A stretch of 64,000 bases of DNA, taken from Thermoanaerobaculia bacterium (GTDB lineage: Bacteria; Acidobacteriota; Thermoanaerobaculia; UBA5066). The DNA is taken from positions 832,025 through 896,024 of the forward strand of contig CAVVDA010000001.1 in assembly GCA_963746875.1 (NCBI GenBank). Reading direction: 5' to 3'. The translations under genes were made by a program, and so were the position numbers. Shown here piece after piece: positions 11,373 to 22,378 of the stretch; the first letter of the stretch is position 1, and each line of letters opens with the position of its first letter. Under the pieces are notes generated by a model. It was not told the DNA's origin and ran no database searches. It saw nothing but the letters and a program-made list of their open reading frames with translations.

Positions 11373-12779
11373 TCATTTCGCATCCGGCTTGAGCCGCGTC
11401 GGTGCGAGCACGGTGTCGCGCTGAAGGTGCCGCACGCCGAGAAGCCACAGGATGCCGGCCACCACGAACATGGCGCCCACCAGAATGAACGCGCGGTTCA
11501 TGTCGTACTTGTCGCCGACGACACCGATGACGACGGGCGAGATCACGTCGCCAAACGCGTGTATGACGAAGATGTTGAGCGCGAAGCCGGCGGCGCGGAT
11601 CGGCGGGGGGCTGACGTTCGCCAGGATCGTGTTCGTCGGACCGGTGTTGAAAAAGAGACAGAAGCACGTCACGAAGATCCAGACCCAGATCAACGGGAAC
11701 GAAGCGCGCAAGGTCAGCAGCATGAACGGAAAGCCGACGAGCATGGCGATACCCGAAACGAGGAAGTAGGAGCCGGGAACCCGGGCGCGGAGCTTGTCCC
11801 CGACGAGGCCGCCCAGCAGTGTCGCCACGAGGCCCGCGACGCAGGTGATCCCGCCGAAGACGACCGTCGACGAAGCCGGGGCGCCGGGCTTGTGGGCAAG
11901 GTAGTAGGGCATCCAGAAGCCGATGCCGCCGATGGCGAACGTCATGGCCGTCATTCCGAGCGTGCAGAAGACCCAGGACGGCGTGTGGAGGAGCACGGCG
12001 TATTCGCGCCAGCCGATCCGAACGGGCGCCGCGCCGCCCGATCCGTCGGCCTGGCCGCGGGGTGGATCGTTCATGAAGAACGCCCAGAAGCCGAGAATCA
12101 GCCCCGGGGGGGCCACGAGAAAGAAGGCCCACCGCCAGCTCTCCGCGTGTATCCCGAGCAGATGCGCGCCGAAATCACCGATCGACGAGGCCGCGACCGC
12201 GCCTCCGAGCACGTAGCCGAGGGCGCTGCCGACCGGGATGGCCATGTAGAACCAGGCCAGGATCCGGCCTCTCTTCTCCACGGGGTAGAGGTCCGACAGG
12301 ATCGTGGGCGCCACCGGCCCGTAGGCGGCCTCGCCGATGCCGACGAAGCAGCGCGTCAGCAGGAGAACGAAGAAACTCGTCGCGAGGCCGGAGGCGCCGC
12401 TCGCCAGGCTCCAGAGCGCGACGCCGATTCCGACGAGCGCCCAACGGGAGTGGCGCTCGGCGAGCCGTCCGAAAACCGGTGCGCCGACCATGTACAGGAC
12501 CATGAAAGCCATCGACAGAACTCCGATGAGCGCGAGCTCCGGCCTGAAGCCGAGGTGCGCGCGACACCAGCTCTGGAGCCCCTGGAGTACGGCGGATCTT
12601 CCCGCGCCGCTCGCGGCGCCGAAGAAGCTCTGCTCGATCGAGGGAACCACGGCGGCGAGGACCTGGCGGTCGACGTAGTTGAAGAGGTTGATGAACAGGA
12701 GAAGGACGAGCGCGCGCCGCGCTCCGGCAAACGTGGTGTTGGGAAACCCGCCCGTCTCGGTCGTCACGGCAGGACTCAT
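11373..12779 (-). CDS. MFS transporter (Spinster-like)
   Basis: ATG at 12779 inside the 1682-aa composite ORF. The product is 468 aa with about 12 hydrophobic helices. MFS signatures: NYVDRQVLAAVVP and GRLAERHSRWALVGIGV. Confidence 0.85.
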   Translation of the reverse strand: MSPAVTTETGGFPNTTFAGARRALVLLLFINLFNYVDRQVLAAVVPSIEQSFFGAASGAGRSAVLQGLQSWCRAHLGFRPELALIGVLSMAFMVLYMVGAPVFGRLAERHSRWALVGIGVALWSLASGASGLATSFFVLLLTRCFVGIGEAAYGPVAPTILSDLYPVEKRGRILAWFYMAIPVGSALGYVLGGAVAASSIGDFGAHLLGIHAESWRWAFFLVAPPGLILGFWAFFMNDPPRGQADGSGGAAPVRIGWREYAVLLHTPSWVFCTLGMTAMTFAIGGIGFWMPYYLAHKPGAPASSTVVFGGITCVAGLVATLLGGLVGDKLRARVPGSYFLVSGIAMLVGFPFMLLTLRASFPLIWVWIFVTCFCLFFNTGPTNTILANVSPPPIRAAGFALNIFVIHAFGDVISPVVIGVVGDKYDMNRAFILVGAMFVVAGILWLLGVRHLQRDTVLAPTRLKPDAK

Positions 12780-12805
12780 AGCCTCGTCTACCGGATCACG
12801 GCTCC

Positions 12806-13328
12806 CTAGCTCGCCGAGCGGTCCTCGAAGGCGAGGCGCGCGTCCTTTTCGAGGAGGCTTTCGAGGACGGGCCAGTCGACGTCCGGCTGGGACGCGAACG
12901 CGTGGAGATAGAGCGCGACGTCGCGCGCCTCGTGGACGCGGAGGAGGGCGTCGACCGCGCGGCGAAGCGCCTTTTGCGGCGGCGCCGGGATCCGCCTCGG
13001 CCGTCGTCAGGCTGGGCCCCTCGTGGGGTAGCTTCAGCGCCTCGAGAAAAGACGAGATGAGCTCCGCCTGCCGGCGCGTGAGGGCGGCGGAGAGGACGTA
13101 AAGGCTGAGGTCGGACGCGCGTTTGTCGCGCAGCGTGCGCCTCACGTAGGCCAGCCGGGTCTCCTCGGGCAGCTTCGAAAACCGATTGAGAGGAATCTGC
13201 TGGTAGGTGAGAACGCCGCCCGCGATCTTCTCGGGCAGCTCGTCGTCTTCGCACGCCGCCTCCACGACAGAGGCCACCTCCGCGCTCGACATGCGGCGAA
13301 ATAGCTCGTGCGACTTCGGGACTTTCAT
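12806..13328 (-). CDS. Hypothetical protein (one frame disruption near 12975)
   Basis: ATG at 13328 gives MKVPKSHELFRRMSSAEVASVVEAACEDDELPEKIAGGVLTYQQIPLNRFSKLPEETRLAYVRRTLRDKR... The protein-like C-terminus ...KALRRAVDALLRVHEARDVALYLHAFASQPDVDWPVLESLLEKDARLAFEDRSAS* is in a different frame and ends at TAG 12806-12808. I recognise no family. Confidence 0.5.
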
Positions 13329-13350
13329 TCGAGGTCGAGGATAACCGACA

Positions 13351-16300
13351 ATGGAGGGCTTGATTGTCCTGCACGGTGCTCCGCGCCCGTCCGGATTCGC
13401 CCTGTGGGCGGAGGGACTCTTCGCGCCACGTGACGGGCGCGACCGGCACCCGCGCGCCGTCGAGCCGGGCGAGCTCCTGGATGCGCTGAGCGCCGGGGGC
13501 CTCGCGTCTCCGGTTTCCCAACGCACGGAGACGACCATCCTCAATGCTCGTCGTCCCCGCGGTTCACGGGCGCCCGGTTCCGTCCGCGCCGACGCTCCGC
13601 GAGCCCGCCGACTATGCCGCGCCGTTCTCTTCCGCGCTCCGGATCTACGAAGTCCCCGCTTTCGTCCTGCCCGTGGCCGCCGCTCTCGAGACGCTTCTCT
13701 CGCTCCCGGCGGCGCTCCGCGCGCGCCCCCTGCCCGTGTCGGCGGGCGATGATCTCGACTACTGGGCGGAAGTGGCCCGCTGGGTGTTCGACCTCCTGCT
13801 CCGGCGGCGCGTCGCGCCGGGAACGAACGGCAACCATCCCCGCTGGCGGCCCGTCCTCGACGATCCCCACGAGAGGGAACGTCTTCAGGCGCCTCGCCGA
13901 GGCGATGCCGCCGGTTTCGCGCGCGATTCTGCCGCCGGGCGTGCGCCTGGGACCCGACGGCGCGCTCCCGCCGGCGCGAGGGCTGCTCCTCGCGTTCCTC
14001 GACGAGGCGGTGGACGCGGCGGCGCGCGACGTGCTCAGGGACGTGCTTCCGGCCGAGCGGCGCCGCGCGGGCGACAGCCCCGAGGCCGAGGTCATCGCGG
14101 CGCTCGCCGCACCTCTGACACGCGCGCTCGAGCCCGGCGTCCTGGCGCGCCTGTCCGAGTGGAGCCTCCCGCTCCTGGATCCCCTGCCCGAGAGCCTGCT
14201 GCGCCTCGGAATTCGAGTCGTGCCGCCTTCCGAGGCCGGCGGCCCGTTTACGCTCGCGTACGTCCTCGAGTCCGGAGAAAGCCCCGAGGTCTCCCTCCCG
14301 GCCGAGGAGATCTGGGCCACGACGGAGGGGTCGATGCGGCGGCGCGGACGACTGTTCACGAACCCGCAGGACACCCTTCTCGCGCGGCTCGGGACGGCGG
14401 CGGCGCTCTCGCGCCCGGTGGCGCGGAGCCTGGAGGAGCGGCATCCCACCGGCGTCATCCTGTCGCCGGACGAAGCGTGGCGCTTCCTGTCCGACGAGGC
14501 CCCGCTCCTCGGGGAGGCCGGTATCGCCGTCCGCCTGCCCGGCGGCGGCAGCCTCGCGCGCGTCGCGCTCAAGCTCGTGGCGCGTGCGCCGCGAGCCGGT
14601 GAAGCCGACTCGTCCGTCGTCCGCTTCGGCCTCGACGCACTCGTCGACTTCGATTGGCGCGTGGCCGTGGGCGATGCGCTCCTCTCCCCCCACGAGTTCG
14701 AGGAGCTGGCCGCCCGGCAGATTCCCCTGGTCGAGATCCGGGGAGAGTGGGTTCTCCTCGACAAGGAGAATCTCGAGAAAGCGCGGCGCCTCCTCGACCG
14801 CAGGCCCGGCGGCCGCACCACGCTCGGCGAGCTGCTGCGCCTCGCGGGCGGGCTCGATGGCGAGCAGGAGGACGTTCTCGTCGACGCCGTCGGAGGCGAA
14901 GGCTGGGTCGGGCGTCTCCTCGATCCGGAGATCGCGCGGCGCGAGATCGCCGGCTTCGCCCCGCCGCGGGGCCTGACGGGCACGCTGCGCCCCTATCAGA
15001 TGCGCGGCGTCGCCTGGCTGCGTTTCCTGCTCTCGCGCGGCCTCGGCGCCTGCCTCGCCGACGACATGGGTCTCGGCAAGACGATCCAGTTCCTCGCCGC
15101 GCTTCTCGCCGCGCGCGACGCCGGGGAGCGCATCGGCCCGTCGCTGCTCGTCTGCCCGACGTCCGTCGCCGAGAACTGGGTCCGGGAGGCCGAGCGCTTC
15201 GCCCCGCAGCTTCGCGTCGTCGTACATCACGGCGCGGGGCGCGCGAGCGGAGAGGCGTTCTCGCGCCTTCTCAAGGAAGTGGACCTGCTCGTCACGACGT
15301 ACGCCCTCGTGCATCGGGACCGCGCGCTGCTGACGGGCGTCACGTGGGAATACCTCGCGCTCGACGAGGCGCAGAACGTCAAGAACCCGTCGGCCGCGCA
15401 GTCGCGCGCCGCGCGCTCTCTCCGCGCGCACCGGCGCGCGGCCCTCACCGGCACGCCCGTCGAGAACCGCCTCGCCGAGCTGAAGTCCATCTTCGATTTC
15501 CTCAATCCCGGCCTCCTCGGCACGGACGACGCCTTCCGGCGCAACTTCGCGATCCCGATCGAGCGGCACAACGACCCCGCCGCCTCCGCGCGCCTGCGCC
15601 ACGTGACGGGCCCGTTCCTCCTGCGCCGGGCCAAGACCGACCCCGGCGTCGTCCCCGATCTCCCCGAGAAGATCGAAACGAAGGAGCTCGTCGGCCTCAC
15701 GCGCGAGCAGGCCGCGCTCTACCGCGCGACGACCCGGTCGCTCCTCTCGGGGATCGGGCGGGCGAACCGGCGCAGCCGCAAGGCGAAGATCCTCCTCCTG
15801 CTCCTGCGCCTCAAGCAGATCTGCGATCACCCGGCCCTCTTCCTCGGAGACGGACGGCGCGACGGCCGCTCGGCGAAGGTCGCCCGCCTCCTCGAGATGT
15901 GCGAGGAGACGCTCGCCGAGAAGAGCCCCGCCCTGCTCTTCACGCAGTTCGCCGAGATGGGCCATCTCCTCGTCGCCGAGCTGAAGGAGCGCTTCGGCTG
16001 CGAGGTGCTCTTCCTGCACGGCGCGGTCCCGCGCCACACGCGCACGGAGATGGTCCGGCGTTTCCAGGAGGACGAGGACCCGCCTCCGTTCTTCGTGCTG
16101 TCGCTGCGCGCGGGAGGCACCGGCCTGAACCTGACCCGGGCCTCTCACGTCTTCCACGTGGACCGCTGGTGGAATCCCGCGGTCGAGGAGCAGGCGACCG
16201 ACCGCGCCTTCCGCATCGGGCAGACCGAGCACGTCCAGGTCCACAAATTCGTCTGCAAGGGAACGCTCGAGGAGCGCATCGACCGGATGATCGAGGAGAA

Positions 16301-16424
16301 GAAGGCGCTCGCCCGCTCGATCGTCGGCGCGGGCGAGCAGTGGATCGCGACGCTCTCGGACGAGCAGCTCACGGAGCTCGTCGCGCTCGACACGAGCGCC
16401 ATCGAGACGGACGGAGGGCACTGA
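13351..16424 (+). CDS. SNF2/RAD54-family DEAD/H helicase with bacterial SNF2-associated N-terminal domain (two frame disruptions, near 13545 and 13880)
   Basis: N-terminus MEGLIVLHGAPRPSGFALWAEG. Helicase motifs: LRPYQMRGVAWL, ADDMGLGKT, LALDEAQNVKN, LTGTPVENRL, LSLRAGGTGLNLT, WWNPAVEEQATDRAFRIGQ. The gene is spread over ORFs 13351.., 13544.. and 13614..16424. Confidence 0.92.
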
Positions 16425-17291
16425 TGCCGCGCCGCAAGAAGGCTCTCCTCCCCCGCGCGACGCCGCCCGAGAGCGGATGGGCGTATCGCTTCCTCGCGCG
16501 GCTCGCGTCGCTCGGCTGGGAGAACGCTCTCACGGAAGGGCGCGCGGCCGCTGCTCTCCGGGCGCGGTGACGTCGCTCGAGATCGGGCGGACCGGGGCGC
16601 GGGCGGACGTGCGGGCGGCCGGGCGGGCACGTCGAGGAGACGTCGCTCTCCCTGCGCCCGCTCGACTCGGCGGTCAGGCGCCGCGTCCTCAAGGCGATGG
16701 CGGCGCGGGCCCGGTACGCGGCCGACCTTCTCGCGGGCCGCCTCCCCGAAGACGTGGAAAGCGCCTTCCAGGAAACGGGCCGCTCGCTCCTGCCGCTGGA
16801 CGCCGGCGACGTCGTGTTCCGGTGCTCGTGCGCCGAGGGCAAGGGAGCCGTGCGCGCACGCCGGTGCGCTCGCCGTGCTGCTCGGCGACCGCCTCCAGGA
16901 CGACCCGTTTCTCGTCTTCCTCCTGCGCGGCGTCCCGCGGGAAGAGCTTCTCCAGGGTCTGCAACGCGCGCGCACGCGGCCCGATCGCAAGCCCGAAGCC
17001 CGCTCGGCGGACGCATCCGCGCCCGGCGACGCCGCCGAGCCGCCCGAGCCGCTGCCGCGGCACATCCTCGAGAGGCCCGAGCTCTATTACCGTCCCGGCG
17101 AGCCCGTCGCCGCGCTCCGCTCGTCGTTCGCGCCGCCGGAGCACCCCGAGGCGGTCCTCACGCGCCTCGGCCCGCCGCCCTTCCGCGACGCGGAGGCCTC
17201 CCGGCTCCTCGTCGACCTCCACCGCGCCATCGGCCTCGGCGCCCGCGAACGCCTTGCCGAATGGGAGTGGCGGAAGGCGGGGGGGCGCTAG
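16424..17291 (+). CDS. SWIM zinc-finger protein (at least three frame disruptions)
   Basis: ATG at 16424 overlaps the SNF2 stop (TGATG). The segments are MPRRKKALL...WAYRFLARLASLGWENALTEGR, then VTSLEIGRTGARADV, then LSLRPLDSAVRRRVLKAMAARARYAADLLAGRLPEDVESAF...VVFRCSC, then ...PCAHAGALAVLLGDRLQDDPFLVFLLRGVPREELL. Together these give a CxC...CxH SWIM pattern across frames. Confidence 0.75.
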
Positions 17292-17298
17292 CCGCGAG

Positions 17299-18967
17299 CT
17301 ACTGGAAGTAGCCGGTAACGTCCAGGATGAACTGCGTCGTGCCGGAGGCCTGGCCGCAGGCCACCACCACGTCACCCGCCGGGCCCAGCAGAAGCACCGC
17401 GTTGTTCGCGCGGGTCCGGCCGGGCGCGTAATTGATCGTCGAGGCCAGAACCGGGGCCGTGCCTCCCGGACGCAGGCTCAGGACGCCGGCCGCGGTCGGC
17501 GTTGCCACGGTCACGTTCGCCGTCACGGCGCGAGCGGTCGGCGGGATCCCGCACCGGCTCGCGAGGACGAAGCTGCGCTCCGTGCCCGCGAGGAGTGCGG
17601 GACCGCCCCACGCGCCGGGTGCGTTGCGCGTGTCCACGGCGCGGCACGGAGTGAGGGTGTGGAGGAGCGTGCCGCCCGAGCCGCACGCGGGCCGGGCGCT
17701 GCCGCCGCCGAGCGGGGGCCCGTTGCCGGCAGAGGTTCTTTGCATCGCCCCTGTATCGGCCGCGATTCCCCGCGGCGCGCACATGAAATCGTTGCCGACG
17801 CGCCAGGGCTCCATTCCGCTCGCGGCCGCTCCGATCAGCGGGCCGCCCGGGAGAGGCCAGAGGTCGTAGGGCGCCGAGACGGGCTGCACGAAGCAGCTCG
17901 CGGCCGGGACGCAGGCCACGTTTCCCAGCAGCGTGTCGGCGATCGGCGAGGCCGGCGTCAGCGCCGGCGTGCCGGGGAGCGGCGCGACGGCGTTGAACGC
18001 GAGGACGTTGCCCGCGCCCGCCTGCCAGTTGCTGACTTTGATTCCCCCGGTCTGGTTCGCGAGGGCCGTGTTCTCGACGATCCAGACGTTCTGCTGAAGA
18101 CCGCGACCGGCGTAATCCTGGGCCCAGATCCCGTTGTACGCGTTGCCCACGACGATGTTGTTGCGCACGATCGCCGGGCCCCCGCCCACGTTGATGCCGG
18201 CGTCGTTCCGGGATCCTTCGACGTAGTTGCGCTCGACGACGCTCGGAGGATCGCCTCGATTCGAGCCGTAGACCTCGATGCCCGGACCCTGCGGGTCGTA
18301 GACCGTGTTCTCGAGGATCGTGGCCCAGGAGTTCAGCTTGATCTCCAGGCCGTAACCCACGCCGTCGCCCGGCCTGCACCGTGTCGATGAGGTTCCCCTG
18401 GATGAGGATGTCCAGCGCGTGGCAGGACGTGCCGTCGTGACAGCCGAAGTAGAGGCCGGTCGACTGCATGTTCGTCAGGACGTTGTTCGTGATCGAGATG
18501 CTTCGATAGGTGCTGCCGCTGGAGTTCGCCGCGACGGCGATGTCGGTGCCCTGGAAGACGTTCTGATCGACGACGATTCCCTGGACGCTGCTCCGCAGCT
18601 TGAGAGGATTCACGCCGGCGCCGGGCACCGTCGGGCCAAAGGTCAGCCAGCGGAACACGAGGTAGGAGCCGTAGACGTCGATGATGTTGCTGCTCGTGCC
18701 GGGATAGGCCAGGACCGCGCGATCGGCGGGAGAGGCGGTTTGCGAGCGCAACGTGATCGGAGCCGCCGGAGAACCCGAAGCCGTGATCGAGCACGTCCCG
18801 GTATAGATCCCGGCCGCGAAGACGATCGTGTCGCCCGGAGCGGCGGCGTTGACGACGCCGCACCACGCGCTTCCCGGGTTGACGGACTGGGTGGCACCGT
18901 CCGCGCTCATGGCAACGAGGGCCGCGGGAGCGGAGATGAGCAGAGCGGCCGAGAGGAATCTGACCAT
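17299..18967 (-). CDS. Secreted right-handed parallel beta-helix repeat protein with conserved C-terminal domain (one frame disruption near 18365)
   Basis: Signal peptide MVRFLSAALLISAPAALVAMSADG. Beta-helix repeats: ITNNVLTNMQSTGLYFG..., IQGNLIDT, VERNYVEGSRNDAGINVGGGPAIVRNNIVVGNAYNGIW. The C-terminal module is TPCRAVDTRN...CGIPPTARAVTANVTV...DVTGYFQ*. Confidence 0.75.
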
Positions 18968-18968
18968 G

Positions 18969-21900
18969 CTAGGCGGGAAAAGGCGCGCGCCGCGGCCGGT
19001 CGAGGCCGAAGCGGACGACGAGGAGCGCGACGAACGCGAGAACGGCGACGCCGTTCCAGACCCACGGCGCGATGCCGCTCGAGACGAGATCGGCGCCCGC
19101 TCCGGCCGCCCCGAGGAATGCGGCCGCGAAGACGTACGCGCGCGGGTCGTCTCGCAGGAACACCGCGACGGCCGCGACGAACGCGAGGGCTGTCAGCGCG
19201 CCGGCGAAAACCGGCACGAGAAGCTCGCCGAACGTCCGGGCTCCGAAAGGCGCGAAGACGCCGAGCGCGATCACGAAGAACGCGACGCGAACGGCCGGCT
19301 TCTTCAGGGCGTCGCGGAGAAGGAGCGCGAGAAACGCGGCGCCCCCCGCGAAAAGGAGCATGCGGAAGACGAGTGAGCCGATCGCGACGGCCGCCGGGAG
19401 GATCGTCTCGACTCCCTGAGGAAACAGGAAACCCGGCGACGCCCGCCTCGAGCGGAAAAGCCGCCTCGAAACCGCGTGCGCAAGCGCGGATCGAAAGAAC
19501 CAGCGCGGCGGCGCCGGCCCCGGCGGCGAGCGCGAGCGGGCCATTCGCCCCGCCCCTGAGAAAGGCGGCGGTTGCATCTCCTTTCACGGCCAGGACGAGG
19601 ACGACCGCGAGAAGCGCGGCGCCGAAGGCGATCAGGATGCCCACGAGCAGTCCCACGCCCACGACGACGCCGAAAACGGTCATCGAGAACTGCGAGTCGT
19701 AGCGCGCGAGGACGAGCGGGAGGGAGACGACGCGCGAGAGAACTGCCGGCAGCGCCAGCAGCGCCGCGAGGCGGAGCGAGCCGCGCCAGGGGATCGCCCC
19801 TTTGCGCGCGAGCCGCACGAGCTCCACGACGAGGAGCCCGATGAGCGTCCCCCACGCCGTGATCTTCCAGGAGATCGCGACGTAGGTCGCGGCCGTCGAC
19901 TTCTCCCGGGCGCGCACCCATTCCTCCGGCAGCTTCAACGCCGTCGCGAAAAGCGAGGGCACGTCGCCCGCGAGACCCGTCACGGCGCGCCGGGCCGCCT
20001 CGCCGGCCCTCTCGAGCCTCGACTCGAAGACGACATGGGTGTCCTTCCGCGCCTTGCGCGCCTCGCTCTTCGACGAGACGACGTCCCAGGCCACCGGGTC
20101 GAGGCCGAACGACGTGAAGAGAGAAGCCGCTTTCGCGCGCGCGACAGTCTCATCCGGGCTTCCGCCGGCCTCGGCCTCCGGGAAAGTCCTGCGAAAACCG
20201 GCGATTCGGCCGGTCCGCGCGTCCACGGCGACGGTCGCCCCGTGCTCGTCGAGGGCGCGTACGTAGCGGATGTTCCAGACCGGCCCCGGGAAGAATCGTC
20301 GTCGCCCACTTCGTGAGAAGCGGCATGCCGCCGCGCTCGAGGAGCCATCGTTCGACGAGCCCTGAGTCGCCATAAGGGACGAGGCTCGTCCCCGCATCTG
20401 AAGGGTCCTCGAGCGCGGGGAGCGCCGTCGCCGTCGTCACGACCGAAAGATAGCCCGCGGGATCGTCTCCGGCCGCCTTCAGGTACGCGTCGGCGGCGGC
20501 CTTCGCCCCGGCCCTGTCCACGGTCGGCGTGCACGCCTTCCCACGGCCCCGGGCGCGGGAGGAGAAAGCGCGCCGCGGCAAAGGTCGCGAGGGCGAGAGC
20601 GAGCGCGGCGGCGACGCGCCCGGGCGAGAGCGAGCGCGGCGGGGCGCAGGAGATCGGGACCGGCTCCTCGACGTGAGGCGGCGCGGGCGCCGAGCCCGTG
20701 GCCGCGTTCGTGAGGTCCTCCTCGGGCGTGAAGCCGCCGCGCCGGAAATAGAGGACGAGCGACCCGAGGAGGGGAATCAGGAGCACGAGGGACGCCGCGG
20801 CCCCGGAGACGACGAAGTAGGGGTTCGAGGAGCGCAGCAGCAGGAGCGCCGTGTAGACGGCATCCACGGTGAAATGCCACACGAGCAGCGGGAAAATGTC
20901 CGCCTTCAGCATCACGGCGCCGATGAGGATCCCCGCGAAACCCACCTCGACCCCCCGGATGTAGAACGGCTGGTTCGGATACGTGCTGTGCGCGAAGCCC
21001 CAGATGAGCGCCGGGACCACGACGGCGGCCCAGCGCGGAAGGAACCGCTCGGCGAAGGGAATCGAGAACATGCGCGACGAGAACTCCTCGGTCGTCGCTG
21101 GCAGAAAGCCCATCAGGAGGACGCCGGCCCAGGGAAACCGCGTTCCGAGGAGGTTCGAGTACGGCACGTCGGCGGGAGCCCATGCGCCGAAGTGCGCCGC
21201 CGCGATGTAGAAGACGATCTGATACGAGAAGAAAACCGCCGTCATCGCGTAGCCGAGAAGGAGACCGCGGAAGAACCGCTTCGAAGAGATGCCGCGCAGG
21301 GAAAGGAGGCGGCCGAGCGCGGGCTTGTCCGGGATAGCGCTCGCGGTAGAGCGGCTCCCCGGCGGCGACGAGGAGAAGCAGAACGACCCCGAGCGCGACC
21401 GCGCCGCCCACGTCGCCTGCCACCGACTTCGCCACAAAGCCGATCCAGCCGTCCGCGGTGTCGTAGTCGAAGAGGCGGATCGGCATCTCGTTGAGAGAGG
21501 CGAAGAGCTGCAGGACGGCGCCCGTGCCCGCGAAGGAGAGGGCCCAGCTCCACTTCACGTCCTTCCGCCTCACCCGCTCGAGAAAGACCACGAGCACGGC
21601 GAGCGCCGTGAGAATGAGCCCGAGCGTGGCCACCGTACCCGCCGCGAGGTTCTTCGAGCGGAGCGTCTCGTAGTCCCTTCGCCACCTCTCCGGGACCTCG
21701 AAGTGAAGCGACGAGCGCCCGACGCGGTCCCCCTGCACCTCGACGAGGTAACGAAGGGCCGCGTCGCCGAAGCGGATCGCCTTCGACTCCCAGACGAACG
21801 TCCGGTCGACGCGCGCCGGACGCTTCTCGACCGTGCCTTCGATGAACCGGAGGTCCGCCGGATCGACTTCGCGCATCGCCCGGATTTCCGCCTCCGCCAG

Positions 21901-22374
21901 CTCGCGCGCGGCCGCATCCCCCGGGTCCACGGCGGCCTCTTTCTCCGGCAGGATCCGGCGGATCGCGAGGAGCCGCCCGTCCGGGGAGACAGCCGCCCGA
22001 TATTCCAGTTTCTCGAGCGGACGCACCCATCGCACCGACCAGCGCCACACGGGCACCGTGGTCGAGAAGATCGGGTTCGCCTTCTCGAGGCCGAGTGTCC
22101 TCTCGAGATAGACCTTCGCCTCGTCGTCGTCGTCGAAGATGACGAGAGGTTTCGTGCCGTCGAGCTCGAATCCGCGCGCCCGGAGCGCCTCGGCCCCGCG
22201 GCGCACGGCTTCCTCGCGAGTCACCTTGAAGTCGATGGACGCCTCGGGGAACGCCCGCGAGAAGCCCGCGCGAAAGACCGCGGCGCCCGCGAGGATCGTG
22301 AGCAGGCAGAGAGCGATGAACACGCGGTCGCGCCGGTCGAAGCGCACCCGCGGGAGAAGGGACGGTTCGGCCAC
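18969..22374 (-). CDS. Giant multi-domain CPBP (CAAX) family intramembrane protease-like protein (at least four frame disruptions)
   Basis: Start is MAEPSLLPRVRFDRRDRVFIALCLLTILAGAAVF. CPBP motifs are in ORF 19980..21437 (PATTEEFSSRMF, LIWGFAHSTY, LLVWHFTVDAVY). Two soluble-looking modules and further TM bundles lie in ORFs 20150..20581, 18907..20397 and 18969..19577. Frame changes fall near 21335, 20560, 20300 and 19440. Confidence 0.75.
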
Positions 22375-22378
22375 CGTC

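Noticed and set aside
11273-11383. A 36-codon minus-strand ORF (MRNDRLILAANHHNSVVDAMLGRFDPETGRGRRLEA) overlapping the MFS stop, in the otherwise gene-free end of the low-GC islet.
   Set aside because: It is too short, has no recognisable family and has no ribosome-binding site. It could be a remnant of a lost gene, but that cannot be supported from sequence alone.
11373-16421. A 1682-aa minus-strand ORF, the longest in the ORF track.
   Set aside because: It is a composite. Its last 468 codons are the real MFS gene. The next part is the small hypothetical gene read partly out of frame. The remainder is the stop-free antisense shadow of the SNF2 helicase gene, which is expected at this GC content. 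The plus strand carries unmistakable SNF2 motifs.
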